Of a DNA stretch of 64,000 nt, positions 12,322 through 20,948 are shown piece after piece (the stretch's first letter is position 1; each line of letters opens with the position of its first letter). Both the position numbers and the translations under genes were made by a program. This DNA comes from Pseudomonas aeruginosa PAO1 (lineage in GTDB: Bacteria; Pseudomonadota; Gammaproteobacteria; Pseudomonadales; Pseudomonadaceae): the NCBI RefSeq assembly GCF_000006765.1, contig NC_002516.2; one strand, written 5' to 3'. The notes under the pieces were generated by a model, which was not told the DNA's origin, did no database searches, and saw only the letters and a list, made by a program, of their open reading frames with translations.

Positions 12322-13151
12322 ACTTCCTCAAGAAGATCGTCTCGCCGCCCAGCCCCGCCACCGAGCCCGTCGCCGCGCCACCCGCCCCCGCGCCGGTCGA
12401 CCCGTACATGCTCGGGTTGCGCGACGCGGTGCTCAGCGGCTGGTTCAACCAGGAGACCGACGAGCTGTTCAGCGGCTTTCCGATTTCCGCCGAGGACACC
12501 GTGCTCGACGTGGGGTGCGGCGACGGCGGCAACGTTCATTTCTGCGCCATGCGCGGCGCTCGCATCATCATCGCCGACATCGACGCGGAAAAGATCGCCA
12601 GGACCCGCGAGCGCCTGGCCGATACCCCGGCCCGCGAACTGGAATGCCTGGTCAGCGACTGCGACCCGCTGCCCCTGGCTGACGCCACGGCCACCCGGGT
12701 GGTCTCCACCGAGGTCATCGAGCACGTCGACGATCCGCGGCAGTTCCTCGCCGAGCTGGTGCGGGTCGGCCAGCCCGGCGCACTCTATCTGCTCAGCGTG
12801 CCGCATCCCACGTCGGAAGACCTGCAGAAAGACTTCGCCGCCGACGAATACTTCCGCAAACCCAACCACATCCGCGTGCTCGGCGAGGAGCAGTTCGCCG
12901 CACTGGTGCGCGAAGCCGGGCTGGAAATCCTCAGCCACAGCCGCTACGGCTTCTACTGGTCGCTGTGGATGCTGCTGTTCTGGGAGGCCAAGGTCGATTT
13001 CGGCAATCCCGACCATCCCCTCCTCGAACACTGGGCCAGGACCTGGCAGGCGCTGCTCGACTCGCCGCGCGGCCCGGCCATCAAGCAGGCCCTGGACGCC
13101 GTGGTCGCCAAGAGCCAGGTGATCATCGCGCGCAAGCCCGCCCAGGCGTAG
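12315..13151 (+). CDS. SAM-dependent methyltransferase (PA5459-like), paralog of 10319-11182
   Basis: VLDVGCGDG, STEVIEHV; shares GLRDAVLxGWF and KSQVIIARKP with its paralog. Confidence 0.88.
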   Translation: MLNFLKKIVSPPSPATEPVAAPPAPAPVDPYMLGLRDAVLSGWFNQETDELFSGFPISAEDTVLDVGCGDGGNVHFCAMRGARIIIADIDAEKIARTRERLADTPARELECLVSDCDPLPLADATATRVVSTEVIEHVDDPRQFLAELVRVGQPGALYLLSVPHPTSEDLQKDFAADEYFRKPNHIRVLGEEQFAALVREAGLEILSHSRYGFYWSLWMLLFWEAKVDFGNPDHPLLEHWARTWQALLDSPRGPAIKQALDAVVAKSQVIIARKPAQA

Positions 13152-13157
13152 AGCCAC

Positions 13158-13214
13158 CGGAACAGTTCCGCTACAGCCGGGCGGAACAGTTGCCGGGGCC
13201 ACCGAACTGTTCCG
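13158..13214. promoter_or_regulatory. Three copies of CGGAACAGTT (two direct, one inverted); candidate operator
   Basis: Copies at 13158-13167 (+), 13182-13191 (+) and 13205-13214 (-), upstream of the DUF1127 gene. Confidence 0.5.
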
Positions 13215-13313
13215 TCCAACTCCCGCGTGGTTGCCCCTGAGCAAGCCAGCGGTCCCGGCGCATCATGAGGTTCCACACCCCGCCCCCATCCCCGGGATGG
13301 GAAGGAACGCACG

Positions 13314-13526
13314 ATGAGGACATCCCCGCACCCGCACGCCGGGAGCTCCAGCGGTCTCCCGGCTGCCCATCCACATCTCGCCGCCCTGCTGGAAAAATTG
13401 AATTCCTGGCGACAAAACGCTCGATCGCGCAAGCATCTTGCGCAAATGTCCGAACACGACCTCGCCGACCTGGCGATCAGCCCGAGCGAACGCTACGTAG
13501 AGATTTCGAAACCTTTCTGGCGCTGA
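13314..13526 (+). CDS. DUF1127 (YjiS-like) small protein, 70 aa
   Basis: AAGGA RBS; family hallmark W-R-x4-RSRKHLAQMSEHDLADLAI...KPFWR. Confidence 0.85.
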   Translation: MRTSPHPHAGSSSGLPAAHPHLAALLEKLNSWRQNARSRKHLAQMSEHDLADLAISPSERYVEISKPFWR

Positions 13527-13621
13527 GCCGCTGGTGACGTGGCGCACAGTTGGTTAGTCTCAGCGTTGACACGGCCGCGCGGATGCGGCCGTCTACGCTG
13601 ACTTCGTTCGGAGCAACTCAC

Positions 13622-13939
13622 ATGAAACGTCTGCGCCTGATCGGTGCCGCTGCCCTGCTCGCCTGCGCCTCCAGCGCGTTCGCCAGCAGCTTCGTGGTCA
13701 CCACGGATACCCTGGTCCGCGCCACCGGCATGACCTCCAATGCCACTTCGGACATCACCAATTCCTTCCGCGACGACAAGATCGTCCTCGAAGCGCGCGA
13801 CGACGCCGCCAGCTTCGTCGCCAGCCAGGGCGACATCCGCGGTTCGCACCTGGAAGCCGCACTGCGCCACATCCGTGGCAAGCTGCCGAGCCTGGCCGCC
13901 AACGACATGCAACTGGCCCAGGCGATCCTGACCATCTGA
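13622..13939 (+). CDS. Secreted DUF2388-family protein (copy 1)
   Basis: Signal peptide ending AFA; motif ARDDAASFVASQGDIRGSHLEAAL. Confidence 0.85.
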   Translation: MKRLRLIGAAALLACASSAFASSFVVTTDTLVRATGMTSNATSDITNSFRDDKIVLEARDDAASFVASQGDIRGSHLEAALRHIRGKLPSLAANDMQLAQAILTI

Positions 13940-14063
13940 GTCGCCCGCCCCGCCGCCGCAGCCGCCCGGCTGCGGCGATGACCTGGCCGACCGGCCACAC
14001 TGGCTCCGCGCCGCACATTCCGTTAGCCTTGACGGCTGTTCCAGTCCTATTCCGCCCAACCCC

Positions 14064-14357
14064 ATGCGTTACCGGTTCTCGTTGCTCTTCTGTTGCCTGC
14101 TGGCGCCCGCTGCGCACGCCTTCGATACCACGACGGCGTTCACCGCGAAGTCCCTTTACGTCACCAGCAAGCTGACCAGCACGCCGTTCGAGAACAAATT
14201 GTTACGCGATGCCCGGGGCGATGCGGCCAGCTTCGTCGCCAGCGATGGCAGCATCCGTGGTGCGCGCCTGGAAGCGGCGCTGCGCTGGTTGCGTGTCGCG
14301 CACCCCGAGCTGGCGGCCAGCGATCAGGAACTGGCCGAAGCAATTCTTGCCCAATAG
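14064..14357 (+). CDS. Secreted DUF2388-family protein (copy 2)
   Basis: Signal peptide ending AHA; motif ARGDAASFVASDGSIRGARLEAAL. Confidence 0.85.
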   Translation: MRYRFSLLFCCLLAPAAHAFDTTTAFTAKSLYVTSKLTSTPFENKLLRDARGDAASFVASDGSIRGARLEAALRWLRVAHPELAASDQELAEAILAQ

Positions 14358-14385
14358 GCGATCACCACCGTTCCGGAGAACCTCC

Positions 14386-14721
14386 ATGCGCCGTAGCTCC
14401 ATGCGTCATAGCCCCCTGTTCGCCGCCCTGCTGCTGGCGCTCTGCGCCACGGCCGCGGAAGCACGCTCGGTGGTCGCGACCAGCAATATCATCGTCCGCG
14501 CCCTCGACCGCAGCATCGACTTCACTTCCGACACCACCACTTCCGTGCGCGACATGAAAGTGGTCACCGAGGCGCGCGACGACGCCGCCAGTTTCGTCGC
14601 CAGCGACGGCGCCATTCGCGGCGCCCAGCTGGAAGCCGCGATGCGGACCCTGCGCAGCCGTCTGCCGGAAGCCCGGGAAGCCTCCGACCAGGTACTTGCC
14701 GAAGCCATTCTCGCCCTGTGA
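14386..14721 (+). CDS. Secreted DUF2388-family protein (copy 3)
   Basis: GGAGA RBS; signal peptide ending AEA; motif ARDDAASFVASDGAIRGAQLEAAM. Alternative start at 14401. Confidence 0.85.
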   Translation: MRRSSMRHSPLFAALLLALCATAAEARSVVATSNIIVRALDRSIDFTSDTTTSVRDMKVVTEARDDAASFVASDGAIRGAQLEAAMRTLRSRLPEAREASDQVLAEAILAL

Positions 14722-16676
14722 GGAAGGCCTGCGCCTGGCTGCTGGCGCTGGCCCTCTGCGGAGCCGGCAACGCGACGGCGGCCCTGCGCCTGAAACTCGA
14801 CGCGCCTGGGCTGGACCCTGCGCAGCGCGAGGCCAGCCAGCAACTCTTGGACGAAGCCGCGGACAAGTTGCCGCCGGCCTTCCGCGAACGCCTGGACCGC
14901 GAGATCGAGGTCGAGTGGCGCGACGACCTGCCCGCCAACGGCATGGGCCAGGCCCGTGGCCCGCAGCGCATCGCGCTGAACCGCAAGTACCTGGCCGATC
15001 TCACCGACGGCAGCGCCGCCAGCCGCCAGACCGGGCGCGTGCACGGCACCGAGCGGCGCGAGCTGCTGGCGACCCTGCTGCACGAGCTGACCCACGTCTA
15101 CGATCGCGCGCGCCTGTGGTCGGCGGAGGAAAAACGCGAGATCCGCCGCTGCACGCGCCAGGAAGAAACCCTCGGCCGGATCGCCCAGCCCACCGATTGC
15201 CGCGGGCAGAGCGGTCGCCGCTTCACGCTCTCCGACGACCCGCGCCTGCTCGATCTCGCCGGCTGGCCGCAGCGCACCGGCCAGCGCGGGCGGCGCGAGG
15301 CGCACAATGGCTTCGTACTGCGCAGCCCGGACGTCTACGAGCTGAGCAATCCGCGCGAGTTCGTCGCGGTGAACATGGAGTACTTCCTCCTCGATCCCAG
15401 CTACGCCTGCCGCCGCCCGGCGCTCTACCGCTACTACCAGCAACGCTTCGGCTGGGCGCCGGAACACAGTGCCTGTGCGCAGAGCTTCGCCTACCTCAAC
15501 GCCGGCCGCGACTTCGGCCAGCAGCCGCTGGGCCAGCTCGACCCCGAGCGGGTCTACGAGGTCGACTACCTGCTGGCCGAGGCCAACGACAACCTGGTCA
15601 GCCGCTGGGGCCACACCATGCTCCGCCTGGTGATCTGCGCCCCCGGCCGGCCGCGTGGGCCGGACTGCCGGCTGGACCTCGACCAGCATCTGGTGCTGTC
15701 CTACCGCGCCTTCGTCGGCGACCTGCAATTGTCCAGCTGGGACGGCCTGACCGGCGCCTATCCGTCGCGCCTGTTCGTCCTGCCGCTGTCGCAGGTGATC
15801 GAGGAATACACCAAGGTCGAGCTGCGCAGCCTCGCCTCGGTGCCGCTGAAGCTGGACCGCGAGGAGGTCGCCAGCCTGGTCGAGCGCGCCGCGCAGAGTC
15901 ACTGGAGCTACGACGGTCAGTACTACTTCATCTCCAACAATTGCGCGGTGGAAACCCTCAAGCTGCTGCGCAGCGGCATCCCCCGGCGACCGCTGCAAAG
16001 CCTGGACAGCATCACCCCCTACGGCGTGCTCGAGATGCTGGAGAACCGCAAGCTGGCCGATCCCAGTGTGCTCGACGACCCCAAGGAAGCCCTGCGCCTG
16101 GGCTACCGCTTCGACTCCTTCCGCGACCGCTACCAGGCGATGTTCGACGTGCTCAAGCAGCGCCTGCACATTCCCCAGGACAAGGTCGAGGACTGGCTGG
16201 CGCTGCCGGCCAGGGAGCGCCAGCCCTGGTTCGCCAAGGCCGACCTGCGCGCCAGCGCGGCGCTGCTGCTGCTCGAGCAGGCCTCGCTGCGGCGCCAGCT
16301 GCTGCTCGCCCAGGACGAGTTGAAGCGCCTGTACCTCGGCCATCTGGACAAGCCGGCCGGCGACCAGCGCCTGGAAGTGGCCGGCAAGACCTTCCAGCAG
16401 ATCCTCGACGACAGCGGCTTCCTCAGTCGTCCGGCGGAACTCCTGGAGGGCGGCTACGGCCTGCCGCAGGCCGCCGAGTGGAAGCACCTGGAAGAGCAGA
16501 CCCGCGAACGCCAGGCGCGCCTGCGCCGGCTCAGCGACGACCTCGACCGCGAGGTCCGCGCCCTGCTCGATCCCGAGCGCCGCGCCGAGCTGGAAGCCAA
16601 CGAGGCCAACATCAAGGAGGTCGGCGCGCACCTGCGCGAGCTGCACAAGGCGGCCGGCGGGCTGATGCTGCCCTGA
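14718..16676 (+). CDS. Exported DUF4105 (Lnb_N-like) domain protein with N-terminal HExxH zincin-like domain, 652 aa
   Basis: GTGA overlap with DUF2388 copy 3; signal peptide; HELTH, WGHTMLR and YYFISNNCAVE motifs. Confidence 0.8.
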   Translation: MRKACAWLLALALCGAGNATAALRLKLDAPGLDPAQREASQQLLDEAADKLPPAFRERLDREIEVEWRDDLPANGMGQARGPQRIALNRKYLADLTDGSAASRQTGRVHGTERRELLATLLHELTHVYDRARLWSAEEKREIRRCTRQEETLGRIAQPTDCRGQSGRRFTLSDDPRLLDLAGWPQRTGQRGRREAHNGFVLRSPDVYELSNPREFVAVNMEYFLLDPSYACRRPALYRYYQQRFGWAPEHSACAQSFAYLNAGRDFGQQPLGQLDPERVYEVDYLLAEANDNLVSRWGHTMLRLVICAPGRPRGPDCRLDLDQHLVLSYRAFVGDLQLSSWDGLTGAYPSRLFVLPLSQVIEEYTKVELRSLASVPLKLDREEVASLVERAAQSHWSYDGQYYFISNNCAVETLKLLRSGIPRRPLQSLDSITPYGVLEMLENRKLADPSVLDDPKEALRLGYRFDSFRDRYQAMFDVLKQRLHIPQDKVEDWLALPARERQPWFAKADLRASAALLLLEQASLRRQLLLAQDELKRLYLGHLDKPAGDQRLEVAGKTFQQILDDSGFLSRPAELLEGGYGLPQAAEWKHLEEQTRERQARLRRLSDDLDREVRALLDPERRAELEANEANIKEVGAHLRELHKAAGGLMLP

Positions 16677-16730
16677 GGGAGGCGCCTGCAGGACGCATGG
16701 TCCCGAGCGCTCTTCCAGCGCCTCGCAGAC

Positions 16731-16761
16731 GGCGGATAACGCTCTGCGTTATTCGCCCTAC
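16731..16761 (-). repeat. GTAG-type REP palindrome
   Basis: Minus strand GTAG-GGCGAATAACGC-AGA-GCGTTATCCGCC, between convergent genes. Confidence 0.75.
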
Positions 16762-16783
16762 AGGTGCCACCTCCGGTCTTCGC

Positions 16784-17203
16784 TCACGGGTCGTCCGCTC
16801 CGGCGATGAACTCCTCGTCCTCTTCGGGCAACTGCGGGTCGAGGTGTAGCCATGGCAGGCGGCTGCCGACCCAGATGTGCCGGTTGGCGGGGGCGCGCTC
16901 GGGATGGTCGAGGCTGGCCACGGTGAAGTCCAGGGTATCGGCGCTGAGCCGGGTGAACAACGCCAGGTTGGCCCCGCAACGCGGACAGAAGTAGCGCGTG
17001 CAGCTGGCCGACGAGGCATATTCCGCCGGTTCGCCCGCCAGCCAGCGGAACGCCGCGCGCGGCACCGTGGCCCAGGTGGTGACGATGCCGCCTGTGGTGC
17101 GCCGGCAGATCGAGCAGTGGCAGTGAGCGACATCGTCCAGCGGCGCGGCGACGGCGTAGCGCAGATAGCCGCAATGGCAACCGCCGGTATGGGTCTCGGG
17201 CAT
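16784..17203 (-). CDS. GFA/CENP-V family zinc-binding protein
   Basis: GGCHCG...HCHCSICRR...YFCPRCG cysteine pattern. Confidence 0.88.
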   Translation of the reverse strand: MPETHTGGCHCGYLRYAVAAPLDDVAHCHCSICRRTTGGIVTTWATVPRAAFRWLAGEPAEYASSASCTRYFCPRCGANLALFTRLSADTLDFTVASLDHPERAPANRHIWVGSRLPWLHLDPQLPEEDEEFIAGADDP

Positions 17204-17270
17204 GGCGAATCCTCCTCGCGGGAGTGCCAGCATAAGCCGGACTTGCCCTGTGCCGCAGCCACCTCGCAAG

Positions 17271-18215
17271 ATGAGCGGATTCCACTATCCGGGGGTGCCC
17301 GTGACCGCTCTGCTCTACTCCCTCTGGCCGCTGTTCGCCCTCATCGTCGGCGGTTACGCCCTGCGCCGCTGGGACTTTCCCGGCGAAGCCTTCTGGCCTG
17401 CCGCAGAACGCCTGAACTACTTCATCCTGTTTCCCGCGCTGCTGTTCAGCAACCTGGCGACCGCGCCGCTGGACGACCCCGGCCTGGCCCGCCAGGCCCT
17501 GGCCGTACTGCTCGGGCTCGGCGTCGCCTGGCTCGCCCTGCTGCTCTGCAAGCGCTGGCGCGGCTGGGACGCCGGGCGCTTCGGCGCCATCGCCCAGGGC
17601 GTATTGCGCTTCAACACCTATCTCGGCCTGGCCGCGGTCGGCAGCCTGTACGGCAAGCCGGGCCTGACCCTGGCCGCGCTGATGCTGGCGCTGATGGTGC
17701 CGACGGTGAACGTGATGTCGGTCTGGGCGCTGACCGCCGAGCGCGGCATCAGCCTGCGCGCGCTGCTGCTGCCGATCCTGAAGAACCCGCTGATCCTCGC
17801 CTGCCTCGCCGGCGCACTGGTCAACCTGGCCGGCGTCGGCCTGCCCGGCGGCAGCGATCGCCTGCTCAACCTGCTGGCGGTGGCCAGCCTGCCGCTGGGC
17901 CTGCTGTGCGTCGGCGCGGCGCTGAAACCCCAGGAACTCGGCGGCGAAGTCGCGGCCCTTGGCTGGAACTGCGCGGCGCGGCTGCTGGCGATGCCCCTGC
18001 TGGCCTTCGCCATCGCTCGCGGGCTGGGCCTGCCGAGCATGGAAAGCGCCGTGCTGGTACTGTTCTTCGCCCTGCCGACGGCGCCCACCGCCTATGTGCT
18101 GACCCGCCAACTGGGCGGCGACGGCCACCTGATGGCGGGCATCATTACCTTGCAAACGCTGCTTTCCGGCGCCACTCTGGTCGGCGTACTCCTCGTGCTG
18201 CAAGGAAGCCCATGA
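17271..18215 (+). CDS. AEC (auxin efflux carrier) family transporter
   Basis: About 10 TM segments; LNYFILFPALLF, KNPLILA, LPTAPTAY. Start may be the GTG at 17301. Confidence 0.85.
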   Translation: MSGFHYPGVPVTALLYSLWPLFALIVGGYALRRWDFPGEAFWPAAERLNYFILFPALLFSNLATAPLDDPGLARQALAVLLGLGVAWLALLLCKRWRGWDAGRFGAIAQGVLRFNTYLGLAAVGSLYGKPGLTLAALMLALMVPTVNVMSVWALTAERGISLRALLLPILKNPLILACLAGALVNLAGVGLPGGSDRLLNLLAVASLPLGLLCVGAALKPQELGGEVAALGWNCAARLLAMPLLAFAIARGLGLPSMESAVLVLFFALPTAPTAYVLTRQLGGDGHLMAGIITLQTLLSGATLVGVLLVLQGSP

Positions 18216-18574
18216 CGACAGGACGCGTCGCCGCCGCCCTCACGGCGCTCTGCCTGCTCTGCCAACCGGCCTTCGGTTTCATCAAGGTGTTTCCCGAATT
18301 CGACGACGAACCCGGCGCCGCCACCTTCTTCTGGGCGGCCGTCACCACCGTCGGCCCGTTCATCGGCAGCACCGTCAGCGCACAGGAGTCCAGCGCTGAC
18401 GAGGGCGACAAGCTCGTCCAGGCGCGGGACGACGCCGCCAGCTTCGTCGCCAGCGACGGTGCGATCCGTGGCGCGTACCTCCAGGCAGCCTTGCAGGTCC
18501 TGCGCCAGGCCCCGGAATACGCCGGGTACAGCGACCTGCAACTGGCCGCGGCGCTCCTCGCGCGGCAGCCCTGA
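18212..18574 (+). CDS. Secreted DUF2388-family protein (copy 4)
   Basis: ATGA overlap with the AEC gene; motif ARDDAASFVASDGAIRGAYLQAAL. Confidence 0.85.
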   Translation: MTTGRVAAALTALCLLCQPAFGFIKVFPEFDDEPGAATFFWAAVTTVGPFIGSTVSAQESSADEGDKLVQARDDAASFVASDGAIRGAYLQAALQVLRQAPEYAGYSDLQLAAALLARQP

Positions 18575-18716
18575 TCGACCACATATCCGAAATTACCCGC
18601 ACGTTTCCCGCCGTTATCCAGCGAAAGCTGCCTGAAAGCTTCCCGCCGTAGCATCCGCCCACCACCGGCAGAAGACCGGACACGACGGCGCGCCCACGAG
18701 ACGCCCGCTTACCCGT

Positions 18717-18729
18717 ACAAAAACAACAA
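18717..18729 (+). promoter_or_regulatory. A-rich catabolite-activity (Hfq/Crc) motif candidate
   Basis: ACAAAAACAACAA fits AAnAAnAA in the leader of an organic-acid transporter. Confidence 0.45.
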
Positions 18730-18853
18730 TGGTGATTGCCATGCCCCGTTCCGCACACGCCTACAGCCGCACTCCGTCCGCGCGACGCCACCCGCCCGCC
18801 GCCTGCTGACCGCACGCCGCACGCCCGTCCGCCGTCTTCCCCGGAGTGAACCC

Positions 18854-20158
18854 ATGCTGACCCTGCTCGCCTTCGCCATGGTGGCGACCTTCATGTTCCT
18901 GATCATGACCAAGCGCCTGTCCGCGCTGATCGCGCTGATCCTGGTCCCGATCGCCTTCGCCCTGATCGGCGGTTTCGCCGCCGGCCTCGGCCCGATGATG
19001 CTCGACGGCATCCGCACCCTGGCGCCGACCGGCGTGATGCTGATGTTCGCGATCCTCTACTTCGCCATCATGATCGACTCCGGGCTGTTCGACCCGGCGG
19101 TGCGCAAGATCCTCCGGCTGGTCAAGGGCGACCCGCTGAAGGTCTCGCTGGGCACCGCGGCGCTGGCGATGATCGTCTCCCTCGACGGCGACGGCTCGAC
19201 CACCTACATGATCTGCGTGGCCGCCGTACTGCCGTTGTACAGCCGCCTGGGCATGAGCCCGCTGGTGATGGCCTGCCTGATCATGCTCTCCAGCGGCGTG
19301 CTCAACATGACCCCCTGGGGTGGCCCCACCGCCCGCGCGGCGAGTGCCCTGCACGTCGACCCGGCGGATATCTTCGTGCCGATGATCCCGGCGATGATCG
19401 CCGGGCTGCTGGCGATCTTCGCCATCGCCTGGATCTACGGCAAGCGCGAGCGCGCCCGCCTCGGCGAGCTGCACCTGCCCACCGACCATGAGGACCTGGC
19501 GGAGATCAGCGTGTCGCAGTATCCGGAGGCGCGCCGGCCCAAGCTGCTGTGGTTCAACGCTATTCTCACCGTGGTCCTGATGGCGACCCTGATCGCCGGC
19601 CTGCTGCCGATGCCGGTGCTGTTCATGATCGCCTTCGGCATCGCCATGATCGTCAACTACCCGTGCATCCAGGAGCAGAAGAAGCGCATCGGCGCACACG
19701 CCGAGAACATTCTCGCAGTGGTCTCGCTGATCTTCGCCGCCGGGGTGTTCACCGGCATCCTCTCCGGCACCGGGATGGTCGACGCCATGTCCAAGAGCCT
19801 GCTGGCGGTGATCCCGCCGGCGCTGGGCCCATACCTGGCGACCATCACCGCGCTGGTGAGCATGCCGTTCACCTTCTTCATGTCCAACGACGCCTTCTAC
19901 TACGGCGTCCTGCCGATCCTCACCCAGGCCGCCGCCGAATACGGCATCACCCCGGTGGAAATGGCCCGCGCCTCGATCGTCGGCCAGCCGGTGCACCTGC
20001 TCAGCCCGCTGGTGCCCTCCACCTACCTGCTGGTGGGGCTGGCCAAGATCGACTTCGGCGACCACCAGCGCTTCACCCTGAAATGGGCCGTGCTGGTGTG
20101 CCTGGCAATCCTCGCCATGGCCCTGCTGCTGGGCCTGTTCCCCCTGTTCAGTAACTGA
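18854..20158 (+). CDS. CitMHS family citrate/metal-citrate:H+ symporter
   Basis: DSGLFDP, LDGDGSTTY, NMTPWGGPTARAA, SNDAFYYGVLP motifs. Confidence 0.9.
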   Translation: MLTLLAFAMVATFMFLIMTKRLSALIALILVPIAFALIGGFAAGLGPMMLDGIRTLAPTGVMLMFAILYFAIMIDSGLFDPAVRKILRLVKGDPLKVSLGTAALAMIVSLDGDGSTTYMICVAAVLPLYSRLGMSPLVMACLIMLSSGVLNMTPWGGPTARAASALHVDPADIFVPMIPAMIAGLLAIFAIAWIYGKRERARLGELHLPTDHEDLAEISVSQYPEARRPKLLWFNAILTVVLMATLIAGLLPMPVLFMIAFGIAMIVNYPCIQEQKKRIGAHAENILAVVSLIFAAGVFTGILSGTGMVDAMSKSLLAVIPPALGPYLATITALVSMPFTFFMSNDAFYYGVLPILTQAAAEYGITPVEMARASIVGQPVHLLSPLVPSTYLLVGLAKIDFGDHQRFTLKWAVLVCLAILAMALLLGLFPLFSN

Positions 20159-20178
20159 CCGAGACGAGTGACCGCTTC

Positions 20179-20943
20179 ATGGAATGGCTGACCAGCCCGG
20201 AAATCTGGATTGCGTTCTTCACCCTGACCGCCCTGGAGATCGTCCTCGGCATCGACAACATCATCATGATCTCGATCCTGGTCGGGCGCATGCCGAAGCA
20301 CCTGCAGCCACGCACCCGCTTCTTCGGCCTGGCCCTGGCGATGGTGACGCGGATCCTGCTGTTGCTGTCGATCACCTGGGTCATGCGCCTGACCGCCGAC
20401 CTCTTCCACCTGTTCGGCCAGGGCATCTCCGGACGCGACCTGATCCTGTTCTTCGGCGGCCTGTTCCTGCTCTGGAAAAGCAGCTCGGAGATCTACCAGG
20501 GCCTGGAAGGCGAGGAAGAAAGCGGCGATGAACCGAAGGGGTCGGCGGGCGGCTTCATCGGCACCATCATCCAGATCGCGATCATCGACATCGTCTTTTC
20601 CCTGGACTCGGTGATCACCGCCGTCGGCATGGTCTCCCACGTGCCGGTGATGGTCGCGGCGATCATCGTCGCGGTACTGGTGATGATGCTCTGCGCCGGC
20701 GCCATCAGCGACTTCATCGACAAGCACCCGTCGCTGAAGATGCTCGCCCTGTCGTTCCTCATCGTGGTCGGCACGGTGCTGATCGCCGAAGCCTTCGAAG
20801 TCCATGTGCCGAAGGGCTACGTCTACTTCGCCATGGCCTTCTCCCTGGCCGTGGAGGCGCTGAACATCCGCATGCGCGGCGCTGCCGCGCGCAAGCGGGG
20901 CGAAGAGCCAGTGAAGCTGCGCAAGGAAGTGCTCGGCGACTGA
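20179..20943 (+). CDS. TerC family membrane protein
   Basis: LEIVLGIDNI, DIVFSLDSVITAVG, HPSLKMLALSFL. Confidence 0.92.
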   Translation: MEWLTSPEIWIAFFTLTALEIVLGIDNIIMISILVGRMPKHLQPRTRFFGLALAMVTRILLLLSITWVMRLTADLFHLFGQGISGRDLILFFGGLFLLWKSSSEIYQGLEGEEESGDEPKGSAGGFIGTIIQIAIIDIVFSLDSVITAVGMVSHVPVMVAAIIVAVLVMMLCAGAISDFIDKHPSLKMLALSFLIVVGTVLIAEAFEVHVPKGYVYFAMAFSLAVEALNIRMRGAAARKRGEEPVKLRKEVLGD

Positions 20944-20948
20944 GCCGC

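Noticed and set aside
14406-16849. Overlapping 746-aa (-) and 717-aa (+) ORFs
   Set aside because: These are shadow and off-frame ORFs of the DUF4105 gene, with Arg/Pro/Ala-rich composition.
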